From Vermamoeba vermiformis (Eukaryota): 64,000 nucleotides of DNA. Below are positions 61,676 through 64,000 of the stretch, in pieces. Location of the stretch: the NCBI GenBank assembly GCA_045837725.1, contig JBEWZL010000062.1:1-64000 (forward strand). The letters are read 5' to 3'. Positions within the stretch are counted from its first letter, which is position 1; each line of letters opens with the position of its first letter. The position numbers were made by a program, and so were the translations under genes. The notes below the pieces were generated by a model. The model ran no database searches. It was not told the origin of the DNA and worked only from the letters and a program-made list of their open reading frames with translations.

Positions 61676-64000
61676 ATGTCAGGGTTTTTTGTCGACATCG
61701 AAACGGGAAGCTTTGTTTCTGACGACAAAATGAGCTTGAATGCAGAGCTGCCTAAGCTATTGTATTCTATACACGATGAAGTAAGTTCAAGCAAATCCGT
61801 TACGCAATCGTTGCCCGTGCGTGATTAATTCTAAATTAATTCCTAATATTTTTATTATGATAGCCTGATAGTTTAAAGACTATAAGATACTGCTCGGAAG
61901 GCATAGCTAAATATGATCCAAAGAAAGGAATAGTACAAGCTTGTCTTGCCGTCATTTATGGCGCTTGGAAAAAATTTAAATTATACTACGTAGCTATGTT
62001 TTTTTTCGCCCTAGTGTCGTCATCAACAGCCGTGACTTATCCAAAAATATTAGCAAAAATAGTGGATTTGCCATACAGCCAACCCGGTGAAGAGCTAACG
62101 TCAACATTTTACGTAAGTTAATTCATAATAATATTATGGAATTTTATAGCAGTGTCGATCTTCCCTTATTGTTGCGATTTCAAATTTACCTAAACTTTTG
62201 CTAACCATTAATTTTTTAATATTTAGAATTTGCTATTTCAATTGTGTTTGGCATTTTCAGCAAGTACAGTCGCGCGATTCTTATCGCAAAAGATTATATT
62301 CTATATTGCAACTCAAACAGAAGATTCGTGGCGGTATTTTGGACTGCTGAAGACTTACACTTTGCCGGTTGATTGGCACAATAGGCATTCGTCGGGATCA
62401 ACTGGTATAGCGTGTGCTATATTATAGCCGATACCTATTATTAATATTGATGTATTTCAGGTTCGAAAATTGAGCAGGGAGGCAGTGCCGTATGGGTTTT
62501 GTTGAACTCGAGCGGCGGTCAAGATCTGTTTTTGTCGTTGACAGTCCTCGTTTCAGTATTATACTCGGCTATATACGAAGCACCTGGCTTGTGGTGGTTA
62601 TTCATATTACCATGTCCTGCTTACTTATTCTTGAACGAGTACATTGGGTACGTCAGATCAAGAAATCATAATTGTTCCTTATTTGATACTAAAGATCGAT
62701 CTTTGCAGCAAAAAAATTCAAAAAGCACAAGAAATCACGTCATATTATAACCGAAAAGCAGCACAATATTTATACGACGGTCTTGCAAATGTCAAAGTCG
62801 TGAAAGCATTTGGCAGAGAATATTACGAGACAGGTACTATTTAATCATCTGATTTTGTTATACTAGTAATATTAATGTATTTACATAGCACAATACGCTG
62901 CTCGATGGTCCTCGTTTCACAAATCAGAATATGAAACGGAGGTATTGAACTTCAATCGCGTACTGATCCAAAGCTTCTTCGACTTATTCATGCGCATCGT
63001 ATTATTGTATTATTTATTCCATAATATTACTGCTGGAAAAATGACCGTTGGATCTATTGCCATGCTCATGTCCTATCAGGTGCGTCACGATCTTCAGATC
63101 TGGATCTTTTTTTTTTCTTCCTCTTGCACGAAATTTACACCAATAGTAGAGAAATTATATAGCATCAATATACAATATAATATTTATGCTAGGAGTTAAT
63201 TGCCTGAGTTAATTGTAGTCTTTTTCTAGGGAATGATTTTCGGTCCGTTGTCAATGTTGAGCGGAATTTTAGCGAGCATTAAACGTCAAACTCAACGCAG
63301 TAAAGGTATATAGTATAATATCGCAATGTTATATTAACGAATATTTGGACCAGATCTGATGGATATTTTGCGCGAGCCGGATCCGTTACGTGATAGCAAC
63401 AGACCTGTGGACATTAAGCATTTGAAACATGATATCAAGCTCGACAATGTGACGTTCAATTACATTTCTGAACCTGGTGTGCGGCCAGCTCTCGATGATT
63501 GTACGTTGACTTTACGAGCTGGAACCACGACCGCACTTGTGGGACGAAGTGGCGCTGGAAAATCAACCGTAATTTCGTTACTGCTAAGATTTTACGATCC
63601 CACTACAGGTAATACCGCTTATATAATGAGACTAAGGAAAGTAAGCTAAACATTTTTATTGCTGCGTAGGACGCATCCTTTGGGACGGAGAAGATTTGCG
63701 AAATTTCTCGAGAAAATCGCTTCATCAGCGCGTAGCAGTAGTGCCTCAAGACGTTTTGATATTTAATAGAAGTATTAGAGAAAATATTGCGTACGGTGAT
63801 CCGGATTTGCCTTTGAGCGTTGTTATGGATGCAGCCAAAAAGGCACATATCCACGATTTCATTATGAGTAAGTCCCATTTATTATATATTACGATCTTTA
63901 ATTGCTTTCGTGGCAGCGCTGCCCCATCAATACGATTCAGTCATTGGTGAGAACGGAATCCAGCTTAGTGGTGGACAAAAACAACGAGTTTCCATTGCTC
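61676..64000 (+). CDS. ABCB-type half ABC transporter (TMD-NBD), runs off the window end
   Basis: TM exons, Walker [21 protein letters not shown]-loop [13 protein letters not shown] and signature [14 protein letters not shown]. Confidence 0.93.

Overview
Eukaryotic, protist-like genomic DNA with short AT-rich GT-AG introns (CTAAC/CTAAT branch points). From about 18.6 kb to the end it is a gene-dense host region. It holds an F-box/TPR protein, a Trk-type K+ transporter, an AlkB-like dioxygenase, an RBR E3 ligase, two divergent Rho-like paralogs, a Myb plus winged-helix protein, a secreted S66 LD-carboxypeptidase, a Ubl-UFD1-Zn finger protein, two Crinkler-like genes, Nup98-Nup96 and an ABCB half transporter. 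The first 18.5 kb is an accessory island with two unusual systems. (1) An approximately 10 kb block (about 4.7-14.8 kb) encodes an intron-containing ParB-like protein (DGQHRLHAA = GxxRxxA). Each of that gene's predicted introns and its upstream region carries copies of a 27-bp palindrome, 16 in all, which suggests a eukaryotic ParB/parS-like cis-trans module. (2) A non-coding repeat family is built from ~140-bp exon-intron modules with near-consensus splice signals and GATC cores. It forms a large imperfect inverted repeat (1-3.4 kb) and recurs at 14.8-15.8 kb. All gene models were assembled by eye and exon edges are approximate. Several frameshifts and one garbled tract (57.0-57.3 kb) may be assembly errors.
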